Assembly (NCBI GenBank): GCA_964016885.1
Contig: OZ024762.1
Coordinates: forward strand, 29,822,001 to 29,886,000
Reading direction: 5' to 3'
Length of the DNA: 64,000 nt
Source: Eledone cirrhosa
Lineage: Eukaryota
Within the stretch, counting starts at the first letter, position 1. The number at the start of each line of letters is the position of its first letter. The notes beneath the pieces were generated by a model. It had not been told where the DNA came from and did no database searches. It saw only the letters and a list, made by a program, of their open reading frames with translations. Of the stretch, positions 38,350-51,800 are shown piece by piece. A program made the position numbers and the translations under genes.

Positions 38350-41300
38350 CTGGGAGATTTTTACCGTGTTGCCTACACGGCCACATTACAGCGTGGACTG
38401 TCTGGCGGGTTTTCTACAGCTGGACGCCCTTCCTAACACCAACCACATTTACAGTGTGGACTGGGAGATTTTTACCGTGTTGCCTACACGGCCACATTAC
38501 AGCGTGGACTGTCTGGCGGGTTTTCTACGGCTGGATGCCCTTCCTAACACCAACCACATTTACAGTGTGGACTGGGAGGTTTTTACCGGGTTGCCTACAC
38601 GGCCACATTACAGCGTGGACTGTCTGGCGGGTTTTCTACAGCTGGATGCCCTTCCTAACACCAACTACGTTTACAGTGTGGAACTGGGAGGTTTTTCCCG
38701 TGTTGCCTACACGGCGACATTACAGCGTGGACTGTCTGGCGGGTTTTCTACAGCTGGATGCCCTTCCTAACACCAACCACATTTACAGTGTGGACTGGGA
38801 GCTTTTTACCGTGTTGCCTACACGGCCACATTACAGCGTGGACTGTCTGGCGGGTTTTCTACGGCTGGATGCCCTTCCTAACACCAACCACATTTACAGT
38901 GTGGACTGGGAGGTTTTTACCGTGTTGCCTACACGGCCACATTACAGCGTGGATTGTCTGGCGGGTTTTCTACGGCTGGATGCCCTTCCTAACACCAACC
39001 ACATTTAGTGTGGGGTTGCGTGGTTTTTACTGTGTCGCTTACACGGCCACATTATAGCGTGGACTGTCTGGCGGGTTTTCTACGGCTGGATGCCCTTCCT
39101 AACACCAACCACATTTACAGTGTGGACTGGGAGGTTTTTACCGTGTTGCCTACACGGCCACATTACAGCGTGGACTGTCTGGCGGGTTTTCTACGGCTGG
39201 ATGCCCTTCCTAACACTAACCACATTTACAGTGTGGACTGGGAGGTTTTTACCGTGTTGCCTACACGGCCACATTACAGCGTGGACTGTCTGGCGGGTTT
39301 TCTACGTTGGATGCCCTTCCTAACACCAACCACATTTACAGTGTGGGCTGGGAGGTTTTTACCGTGTTGCCTACACGGCCACATTACAGTGTGGACTGTC
39401 TGGCGGGTTTTCTACAGCTGGATGCCCTTCCTAACACCAACTACGCTTACAGTGTGGAACTGGGAGGTTTTTACCGTGTTGACTACACGGCCACATTACA
39501 GCGTGGACTGTCTGGCGGGTTTTCTACAGCTGGATGCCCTTCCTAACACCAACCACATTTACAGTGTGGACTGGGAGATTTTTACCGCGTTGCCTACACG
39601 GCCACATTACAGCGTGGACTGTCTGGCGGGTTTTCTACGGCTGGATGCCCTTCCTAACACCAACCACATTTACAGTGTGGACTGGGAGGTTTTTCCCGTG
39701 TTGCCTACACGGCCACATTACAGCGTGGACTGTCTGGCGGGTTTTCTACGGCTGGATGCCCTTCCTAACACCAACCACATTTACAGTGTGGACTGGGAGG
39801 TTTTTACCGTGTTGCCTACAAGGCCACATTACAGCGTGGACTGTCTGGCGGGTTTTCTACGGCTGGATGCCCTTCCTAACACCAACCACATTTACATTGT
39901 GGACTGGGAGACTTTTACCGTGTTGCCTACACGGCCACATTACAGCGTGGACTGTCTGGCGGGTTTTCTACAGCTGTATGCCCTTCCTAACACCAACCAC
40001 ATTTACAGTGTGGACTGGGAGATTTTTACCGTGTTGCCTACACGGCCACATTACAGCGTGGACTGTCTGGCGGGTTTTCTACGGCTGGATGCCCTTCCTA
40101 ACACCAACCACATTTACAGTGTGGACTGGGAGGTTTTTACCGGGTTGCCTACACGGCCACATTACAGCGTGGACTGTCTGGCGGGTTTTCTACAGCTGGA
40201 TGCCCTTCCTAACACCAACTACGTTTACAGTGTGGAACTGGGAGGTTTTTCCCGTGTTGCCTACACGGCGACATTACAGCGTGGACTGTCTGGCGGGTTT
40301 TCTACAGCTGGATGCCCTTCCTAACACCAACCACATTTACAGTGTGGACTGGGAGCTTTTTACCGTGTTGCCTACACGGCCACATTACAGCGTGGACTGT
40401 CTGGCGGGTTTTCTACGGCTGGATGCCCTTCCTAACACCAACCACATTTACAGTGTGGACTGGGAGGTTTTTACCGTGTTGCCTACACGGCCACATTACA
40501 GCGTGGACTGTCTGGCGGGTTTTCTACGGCTGGATGCCCTTCCTAACACCAACCACATTTAGTGTGGGGTTGCGTGGTTTTTACTGTGTCGCTTACACGG
40601 CCACATTATAGCGTGGACTGTCTGGCGGGTTTTCTACAGCTGGATGCCCTTCCTAACACCAACTACGCTTACAGTGTGGAACTGGGAGGTTTTTACCGTG
40701 TTGACTACACGGCCACATTACAGCGTGGACTGTCTGGCGGGTTTTCTACAGCTGGATGCCCTTCCTAACACCAACCACATTTACAGTGTGGACTGGGAGA
40801 TTTTTACCGCGTTGCCTACACGGCCACATTACAGCGTGGACTGTCTGGCGGGTTTTCTACGGCTGGATGCCCTTCCTAACACCAACCACATTTACAGTGT
40901 GGACTGGGAGGTTTTTCCCGTGTTGCCTACACGGCCACATTACAGCGTGGACTGTCTGGCGGGTTTTCTACGGCTGGATGCCCTTCCTAACACCAACCAC
41001 ATTTACAGTGTGGACTGGGAGGTTTTTACCGTGTTGCCTACAAGGCCACATTACAGCGTGGACTGTCTGGCGGGTTTTCTACGGCTGGATGCCCTTCCTA
41101 ACACCAACCACATTTACATTGTGGACTGGGAGATTTTTACCGTGTTGCCTACACGGCCACATTACAGCGTGGACTGTCTGGCGGGTTTTCTACAGCTGGA
41201 TGCCCTTCCTAACACCAACCACATTTACAGTGTGGACTGGGAGATTTTTACCGTGTTGCCTACACGGCCACATTACAGCGTGGACTGTCTGGCGGGTTTT

Positions 41301-43200
41301 CTACGGCTGGATGCCCTTCCTAACACCAACCACATTTACAGTGTGGACTGGGAGGTTTTTACCGGGTTGCCTACACGGCCACATTACAGCGTGGACTGTC
41401 TGGCGGGTTTTCTACAGCTGGATGCCCTTCCTAACACCAACTACGTTTACAGTGTGGAACTGGGAGGTTTTTCCCGTGTTGCCTACACGGCGACATTACA
41501 GCGTGGACTGTCTGGCGGGTTTTCTACAGCTGGATGCCCTTCCTAACACCAACCACATTTACAGTGTGGACTGGGAGCTTTTTACCGTGTTGCCTACACG
41601 GCCACATTACAGCGTGGACTGTCTGGCGGGTTTTCTACGGCTGGATGCCCTTCCTAACACCAACCACATTTACAGTGTGGACTGGGAGGTTTTTACCGTG
41701 TTGCCTACACGGCCACATTACAGCGTGGATTGTCTGGCGGGTTTTCTACGGCTGGATGCCCTTCCTAACACCAACCACATTTAGTGTGGGGTTGCGTGGT
41801 TTTTACTGTGTCGCTTACACGGCCACATTATAGCGTGGACTGTCTGGCGGGTTTTCTACGGCTGGATGCCCTTCCTAACACCAACCACATTTACAATGTG
41901 GACTGGGAGGTTTTTACCGTGTTGCCTACACGGCCACATTACAGCGTGGACTGTCTGGCGGGTTTTCTACGGCTGGATGCCCTTCCTAACACTAACCACA
42001 TTTACAGTGTGGACTGGGAGGTTTTTACCGTGTTGCCTACACGGCCACATTACAGCGTGGACTGTCTGGCGGGTTTTCTACGTTGGATGCCCTTCCTAAC
42101 ACCAACCACATTTACAGTGTGGGCTGGGAGGTTTTTACCGTGTTGCCTACACGGCCACATTACAGTGTGGACTGTCTGGCGGGTTTTCTACAGCTGGATG
42201 CCCTTCCTAACACCAACTACGCTTACAGTGTGGAACTGGGAGGTTTTTACCGTGTTGACTACACGGCCACATTACAGCGTGGACTGTCTGGCGGGTTTTC
42301 TACAGCTGGATGCCCTTCCTAACACCAACCACATTTACAGTGTGGACTGGGAGATTTTTACCGCGTTGCCTACACGGCCACATTACAGCGTGGACTGTCT
42401 GGCGGGTTTTCTACGGCTGGATGCCCTTCCTAACACCAACCACATTTACAGTGTGGACTGGGAGGTTTTTCCCGTGTTGCCTACACGGCCACATTACAGC
42501 GTGGACTGTCTGGCGGGTTTTCTACGGCTGGATGCCCTTCCTAACACCAACCACATTTACAGTGTGGACTGGGAGGTTTTTACCGTGTTGCCTACAAGGC
42601 CACATTACAGCGTGGACTGTCTGGCGGGTTTTCTACGGCTGGATGCCCTTCCTAACACCAACCACATTTACATTGTGGACTGGGAGACTTTTACCGTGTT
42701 GCCTACACGGCCACATTACAGCGTGGACTGTCTGGCGGGTTTTCTACAGCTGGATGCCCTTCCTAACACCAACCACATTTACAGTGTGGACTGGGAGATT
42801 TTTACCGTGTTGCCTACACGGCCACATTACAGCGTGGACTGTCTGGCGGGTTTTCTACGGCTGGATGCCCTTCCTAACACCAACCACATTTACAGTGTGG
42901 ACTGGGAGGTTTTTACCGGGTTGCCTACACGGCCACATTACAGCGTGGACTGTCTGGCGGGTTTTCTACAGCTGGATGCCCTTCCTAACACCAACTACGT
43001 TTACAGTGTGGAACTGGGAGGTTTTTCCCGTGTTGCCTACACGGCGACATTACAGCGTGGACTGTCTGGCGGGTTTTCTACAGCTGGATGCCCTTCCTAA
43101 CACCAACCACATTTACAGTGTGGACTGGGAGCTTTTTACCGTGTTGCCTACACGGCCACATTACAGCGTGGACTGTCTGGCGGGTTTTCTACGGCTGGAT
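38350..43200. repeat. Duplications with offsets 2776 bp (25 monomers) and 1222 bp (11 monomers)
   Basis: ORF pairs 38758/41534, 39008/41784, 39307/42083, 39534/40756. Private variants gttgactac (~39478, 40700, 42254) and ggattgtc (~38951/41727). Confidence 0.82.
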
Positions 43201-46200
43201 GCCCTTCCTAACACCAACCACATTTAGTGTGGGGTTGCGTGGTTTTTACTGTGTCGCTTACACGGCCACATTATAGCGTGGACTGTCTGGCGGGTTTTCT
43301 ACGGCTGGATGCCCTTCCTAACACCAACCACATTTACAGTGTGGACTGGGAGATTTTTACTGTGTTGCTTACACGGCCACATTATAGCGTGGACTGTCTG
43401 GCGGGTTTTCTACGGCTGGATGCCCTTCCTAACACCAACCACATTTACAGTGTGGACTGGGAGGTTTTTACCGTGTTGCCTACACGGCCACATTACAGCG
43501 TGGACTGTCTGGCGGGTTATCTACGGCTGGATGCCCTTCCTAAGACCAACCACATTTACATTGTGGACTGGGAGACTTTTACCGTGTTGCCTACACGGCC
43601 ACATTACAGCGTGGACTGACTGGCGGGTTTTCTACAGCTGGATGCTCTTCCTAACACCAACCACATTTACAGTGTGGACTGGGAGATTTTTACCGTGTTG
43701 CCTACACGGCCACATTACAGCGTGGACTGTCTGGCGGGTTTTCTACAGCTGGATGCCCTTCCTAACACCAACCACATTTACAGTGTGGGACTGGGAGGTT
43801 TTTACTGTGTTGCCTACACAGCCACATTACAGCGTGGACTGTCTGGCGGGTTTTCTACAGCTGGATGCCCTTCCTAACACCAACTACGTTTACAGTGTGG
43901 AACTGGGAGGTTTTTACCGTGTTGCCTACACGGCCACATTACAGCGTGGACTGTCTGGCGGGTTTTCTACGGCTGGATGCCCTTCCTAACACCAACCACA
44001 TTTACAGTGTGGACTGGGAGATTTTTACCGTGTTGCCTACACGGCCACATTACAGCGTGGACTGTCTGGCGGGTTTTCTACGGCTGGATGCCCTTCCTAA
44101 CACCAACCACATTTACAGTGTGGGCTGGGAGGTTTTTACCGTGTTGCCTACACGGCCACATTACAGTGTGGACTGTCTGGCGGGTTTTCTACAGCTGGAT
44201 GCCCTTCCTAACACCAACTACGCTTACAGTGTGGAACTGGGAGGTTTTTACCTTGTTGCCTACACGGCCACATTACAGCGTGGACTGTCTGGCGGGTTTT
44301 CTACAGCTGGATGCCCTTCCTAACACCAACCACATTTACAGTGTGGACTGGGAGGTTTTTACCGTGTTGCCTACACGGCCACATTACAGCGTGGACTGTC
44401 TGGCGGGTTTTCTACGGCTGGATGCCCTTCCTAACACCAACCACATTTACAGTGTGGACTGGGAGGTTTTTACTGTGTTGCCTACAAGGCCACATTACAG
44501 CATGGACTGTCTGGCGGGTTTTCTACGGCTGGATGCCCTTCCTAACACCAACCACATTTACATTGTGGACTGGGAGATTTTTACCGTGTTGCCTACACGG
44601 CCACATTACAGCGTGGACTGTCTGGCGGGTTTTCTACAGCTGGATGCCCTTCCTAACACCAACCACATTTACAGTGTGGACTGGGAGATTTTTACCGTGT
44701 TGCCTCCACGGCCACATTACAGCGTGGACTGTCTGGCGGGTTTTCTACGGCTGGATGCCCTTCCTAACACCAACCACATTTACAGTGTGGACTGGGAGGT
44801 TTTTACCGGGTTGCCTACACGGCCACATTACAGCGTGGACTGTCTGGCGGGTTTTCTACAGCTGGATGCCCTTCCTAACACCAACTACGTTAACAGTGTG
44901 GAACTGGGAGGTTTTTCGCGTGTTGCCTACACGGGGACATTACAGCGTGGACTGTCTGGCGGGTTTTCTACAGCTGGATGCCCTTCCTAACACCAACCAC
45001 ATTTACAGTGTGGACTGGGAGATTTTTACCGTGTTGCCTACACGGCCACATTACATCGTGGACTGTCTGGCGGGTTATCTACGGCTGGATGCCCTTCCTA
45101 ACACCAACCACATTTACAGTGTGGACTGGGAGGTTTTTACCGTGTTGCCTACACGGCCACATTACAGCGTGGACTGTCTGGCGGGTTTTCTACAGCTGGA
45201 TGCCCTTCCTAACACCAACTACGCTTACAGTGTGGAACTGGGAGGTTTTTACCGTGTTGCCTACACGGCCACATTACAGCGTGGACTGTCTGGCGGGTTT
45301 TCTACAGCTGGATGCCCTTCCTAACACCAACCACATTTACAGTGTGGACTGGGAGATTTTTACCGTGTTGCCTACACGGCCACATTACAGCGTGGACTGT
45401 CTGGCGGGTTTTCTACGGCTGGATGCCCTTCCTAACACCAACCACATTTACAGTGTGGACTGGGAGGTTTTTACCGTGTTGCGTACACGGCCACATTACA
45501 GCGTGGACTGTCTGGCGGGTTTTCTACGGCTGGATGCCCTTCCTAACACCAACCACATTTAGTGTGGGGTTGCGTGGTTTTTACTGTGTTGCTTACACGG
45601 CCACATTATAGCGTGGACTGTCTGGCGGGTTTTCTACGGCTGGATGCCCTTCCTAACACCAACCACATTTACAGTGTGGACTGGGAGGTTTTTACCGTGT
45701 TGCCTACACGGCCACATTACAGCGTGGACTGTCTGGCGGGTTATCTACGGCTGGATGCCCTTCCTAACACCAACCACATTTACAGTGTAGACTGGGAGGT
45801 TTTTACCGTGTTGCCTACACGGCCACATTACAGCGTGGACTGTCTGGCGGGTTTTCTACGGCTGGATGCCCTTCCTAACACCAACCACATTTACATTGTG
45901 GACTGGGAGATTTTTACCGTGTTGCCTACACGGCCACATTACAGCGTGGACTGACTGGCGGGTTTTCTACAGCTGGATGCTTTTCCTAACACCAACCACA
46001 TTTACAGTGTGGACTGGGAGATTTTTACCGTGTTGCCTACACGGCCACATTACAGCGTGGACTGTCTGGCGGGTTTTCTACGGCTGGATGTCCTTCCTAA
46101 CACCAACCACATTTACAGTGTGGGGCTGGGAGGTATTTACTGTGTTGCCTACACAGCCACATTACAGCGTGGACTGTCTGGCGGGTTTTCTACAGCTGGA

Positions 46201-48899
46201 TGCCCTTCCTAACACCAACTACGTTTACAGTGTGGAACTGGGAGGTTTTTACCGTGTTGCCTACACGGCCACATTACAGCGTGGACTGTCTGGCGAGTTT
46301 TCTACGGCTGGATGCCCTTCCTAACACCAACCACATTTACAGTGTGGGCTGGGAGGTTTTTACCGTGTTGCCTATACGGCCACATTACAGTGTGGACTGT
46401 CTGGCGGGTTTTCTACAGCTGGATGCCCTTCCTAACACCAACTACGCTTACAGTGTGGAACTGGGAGGTTTTTACAGTGTTGCCTACACGGCCACATTAC
46501 AGCGTGGACTGTCTGGCGGGTTTTCTACAGCTGGATGCCCTTTCTAACACCAACCACATTTACAGTGTGGACTGGGAGATTTTTACCGTGTTGCCTACAC
46601 GGCCACATTACAGCGTGGACTGTCTGGCGGGTTTTCTACGGCTGGATGCCCTTCCTAACACCAACCACATTTACAGTGTGGACTGGGAGGTTTTTACCGT
46701 GTTGCCTACACGGCCACATTACAGCGTGGACTGTCTGGCGGGTTTTCTACGGCTGGATGCCCTTCCTAACACCAACCACATTTACAGTGTGGACTGGGAG
46801 GTTTTTACCGTGTTGCCTACAAGGCCACATTACAGCGTGGACTGTCTGGCGGGTTTTCTACGGCTGGATGCCCTTCCTAACACCAACCACATTTACATTC
46901 TGGACTGGGAAATTTTTACCGTGTTGCCTACACGGCCACATTACAGCGTGGACTGTCTGGCGGGTTTTCTACAGCTGGATGCCCTTCCTAACACCAACCA
47001 CATTTACAGTGTGGACTGGGAGATTTTTACCGTGTTGCCTACACGGCCACATTACAGCGTGGACTGTCTGGCGGGTTTTCTACGGCTGGATGCCCTTCCT
47101 AACACCAACCACATTTACAGTGTGGACTGGGAGGTTTTTACCGTGTTGCCTACACGGCCACATTACAGCGTGGACTGTCTGGCGGGTTATCTACGGCTGG
47201 ATGCCCTTCCTAACACCAACCACATTTACAGTGTGGAACTGGGAGGTTTTTACCGTGTTGCCTACACGGCCACATTACAGCGTGGACTGTCTGGCGGGTT
47301 TTCTACGGCTGGATGCTATTCCTAACACCAACCACATTTACATTTTGGACTGGGAGATTTTTACCGTGTTGCCTACACGGCCACATTACAGCGTGGACTG
47401 ACTGGCGGGTTTTCTACAGCTGGATGCTCTTCCTAACACCAACCACATTTACAGTGTGGACTGGGAGATTTTTACCGTGTTGCCTACACGGCCACATTAC
47501 AGCGTGGACTATCTGGCGGGTTTTCTACGGCTGGATGCCCTTCCTAACACCAACCACATTTAGTGTGGGGTTGCGAGGTTTTTACTGTGTTGCCTACACG
47601 GCCACATTACAGCGTTGACTGTCTGGCGGGTTTTCTACGGCTGGATGCCCTTCCTAACACCAACCACATTTACATTGTGGACTGGGAGATTTTTTCCGTG
47701 TTGCCTACACGGCCATAATTACAGCGTGGACTGACTGGCGGGTTTTCTACAGCTGGATGCTCTTCCTAACACCAACCACATTTACAGTGTGGACTGGGAG
47801 GTTTTTACCGGGTTGCCTACACGGCCACATTACAGCGTGGACTGTCTGGCGGGTTATCTACGGCTGGATGCCCTTCCTAACACCAACCACATTTACAGTG
47901 TGGACTGGGAGGTGTTTACCGTGTTGCCTACACGGCCACATTACAGCGTGGACTGTCTGGCGGGTTTTCTACAGCTGGATGCCCTTCCTAACACCAACTA
48001 CGCTTACAGTGTGGAACTGGGAGGTTTTTACCGTGTTGCCTACACGGCCACATTACAGCGTGGACTGTCTGGCGGGTTTTCTACAGCTGGATGCCCTTCC
48101 TAACACCAACCACATTTACAGTGTGGACTGGGAGATTTTTACCGTGTTGCCTACAAGGCCACATTACAGCGTGGACTGTCTGGCGGGTTTTCTACGGCTG
48201 GATGCCCTTCCTAACACCAACCACATTTACAGTGTGGACTGGGAGGTTTTTACCGTGTTGCCTACACGGCCACATTACAGCGTTGACTGTCTGGCGTGTT
48301 TTCTACGGCTGGATGCCCTTCCTAACACCAACCACATTTACAGTGTGGACTGGGAGGTTTTTACCGTGTTGCCTACACGGCCACATTACAGCGTGGACTG
48401 TCTGGCGGGTTTTCTACGGCTGGATGCCCTTCCTAACACCAACCACATTTAGTGTGGGGTTGCGAGGTTTTTACTGTGTTGCTTACACGGCCACATTATA
48501 GCGTGGACTGTCTGGCGGGTTTTCTACGACTGGATGCCCTTCCTAACACCAACCACATTTACAGTGTGGACTGGGAGGTTTTTACCGTGTTGCCTACACG
48601 GCCACATTACAGCGTGGACTGTCTGGCGGGTTATCTACGGCTGGATGCCCTTCCTAACACCAACCACATTTACAGTGTGGACAGGGAGGTTTTTACCGTG
48701 TTGTCTACACGGCCACATTACAGCGTGGACTGTCTGGCGGGTTTTCTACGGCTGGATGTCCTTCCTAACACCAACCACATTTACAGTGTGGGGCTGGGAG
48801 GTTTTTACTGTGTTGCCTACACAGCCACATTACAGCGTGGACTGTCTGGCGGGTTTTCTACAGCTGGATGCCCTTCCTAACACCAACTACGCTTACAGT

Positions 48900-51800
48900 T
48901 TGGAACTGGGAGGTTTTTACCGTGTTGCCTACACGGCCACATTACAGCGTGGACTGTCTGGCAGGTTTTCTACAGCTGGATGCCCTTCCTAACACCAACC
49001 ACATTTACAGTGTGGACTGGGAGATTTTTACCGTGTTGCCTACACGGCCACATTACAGCGTGGACTGTCTGGCGCGTTTTCTACGGCTGGATGCCCTTCC
49101 TAACACCAACCACATTTACAGTGTGGACTGGGAGGTTTTTACCGTGTTGCCTACAAGGCCACATTACAGCGTGGACTGTCTGGCGGGTTTTCTACGGCTG
49201 GATGCCCTTCCTAACACCAACCACATTTACATTGTGGACTGGGAGATTTTTACCGTGTTGCCTACACGGCCACATTACAGCGTGGACTGTCTGGCGGGTT
49301 TTCTACAGCTGGATGCCCTTCCTAACACCAACCACATTTACAGTGTGGACTGGGAGATTTTTACCGTGTTGCCTACACGGCCACATTACAGCGTGGACTG
49401 TCTGGCGGGTTTTCTACGGCTGGATGCCCTTCCTAACACCAACCACATTTACAGAGTGGACTGGGAGGTTTTTACCGGGTTGCCTACACGGCCACATTAC
49501 AGCGTGGACTGTCTGGCGGGTTTTCTACAGCTGGATGCCGTTCCTAACACCAACTACGTTTACAGTGTGGAACTGGGAGGTTTTTCCCGTGTTGCCTACA
49601 CGGCCACATTACAGCGTGGACAGTCTGGCGGGTTTTCTACAGCTGGATGCCCTTCCTAACACCAACCACATTTACAGTGTGGACTGGGATATTTTTACCG
49701 TGTTGCCTACACGGCCACATTACAGCGTGGACTGTCTGGCGGGTTTTCTACGGCTGGATGCCCTTCCTAACACCAACCACATTTACAGTATGGACTGGGA
49801 TGTTTTTACCGTGTTGCCTACACGGCCACATTACAGCGTGGACTGTCTGGCGGGTTATCTACGGCTGGATGCCCTTCCTAACACCAACCACATTTACAGT
49901 GTGGAACTGGGAGGTTTTTACCGTGTTGCCTACACGGCCACATTACAGCGTGGACTGTCTGGGGGGTTTTCTACGGCTGGATGCTATTCCTAACACCAAC
50001 CACATTTACATTTTGGACTGGGAGATTTTTACCGTGTTGCCTACACGGCCACATTACAGCGTGGACTGTCTGGCGGGTTTTCTACAGCTGGATGCTCTTC
50101 CTAACACCAACCACATTTACAGTGTGGACTGGGAGATTTTTACCGTGTTGCCTACACGGCCACATTACAGCGTGGACTGTATGGCGGGTTTTCTACGGCT
50201 GGATGCTCTTCCTAACACCAACCACATTTAGTGAGGGGTTGCGAGGTTTTTACTGTGTTGCCTACACGGCCACATTACAGCGTGGACTGTCTGGCGGGTT
50301 TTCTACGGCTGGATGCCCTTCCTAACACCAACCACATTTAGTGTGGGGTTGCGAAGTTTTTACTGTGTTGCCTACACGGCCACATTACAGCGTGGACTGT
50401 CTGGCGGGTTTTCTACGGCTGGATGCCCTTCCTAACACCAACCACATTTACATTGTGGACTGGGAGATTTTTACCGTGTTGCCTACACGGCCACATTACA
50501 GCGTGGACTGACTGGCGGGTTTTCTACAGCTGGATGCTCTTCCTAACACCAACCACATTTACAGTGTGGACTGGGAGGTTTTTACCGGGTTGCCTACACG
50601 GCCACATTACAGCGTGGACTGTCTGGCGGGTTATCTACGGCTGGATGCCCTTCCTAACACCAACCACATTTACAGTGTGGACTAGGAGGTTTTTAACGTG
50701 TTGCCTACACGGCCACATTACAGCGTGGACTGTCTGGCGGGTTTTCTACAGCTGGATGCCCTTCCTAACACCAACTACGCTTACAGTGTGGAACTGGCAG
50801 GTTTTTACCGTGTTGCCTACACGGCCACATTACAGCGTGGACTGTCTGGCGGGTTTTCTACAGCTGGATGCCCTTCCTAACACCAACCACATTTACAGTG
50901 TGGACTGGGAGATTTTTACCGTGTTGCCTACACGGCCACATTACAGCGTGGACTGTCTGGCGGGTTTTCTACGGCTGGATGCCCTTCCTAACACCAACCA
51001 CATTTACAGTGTGGAATGGGAGGTTTTTACCGTGTTGCCTACACGGCCACATTACAGCGTTGACTGTCTGGCGGGTTTTCTACGGCTGGATGCCCTTCCT
51101 AACACCAACCACATTTACAGTGTGGACTGGGAGGTTTTTACCGTGTTGCCTACACGGCCACATTACAGCGTGGACTGTCTGGCGGGTTTTCTACGGCTGG
51201 ATGCCCTTCCTAACACCAACCACATTTAGTGTGGGGTTGCGAGGTTTTTACTGTGTTGCTTACACGGCCACATTATAGCGTGGACTGTCTGGCGGGTTTT
51301 CTACGGCTGGATGCCCTTCCTAACACCAACCACATTTACAGTGTGGACTGGGAGGTTTTTACCGTGTTGCCTACACGGCCACATTACAGCGTGGACTGTC
51401 TGGCGGGTTATCTACGGCTGGATGCGCTTCCTAACACCAACCACATTTACAGTGTGGACTGGGAGGTTTTTACCGTGTTGCCTACACGGCCACATTACAG
51501 CGTGGACTGTCTGGCGGGTTTTCTACGGCTGGATGTCCTTCCTAACACCAACCACATTTACAGTGTGGGGCTGGGAGGTTTTTACTGTGTTGCCTACACA
51601 GCCACATTACAGCGTGGACTGTCTGGCGGGTTTTCTACAGCTGGATGCCCTTCCTAACACCAACTACGTTTACAGTGTGGAACTGGGAGGTTTTTACCGT
51701 GTTGCCTACACGGCCACATTACAGCGTGGACTGTCTGGCGGGTTTTCTACGGCTGGATGCCCTTCCTAACACCAACCACATTTACAGTGTGGGCTGGGAG

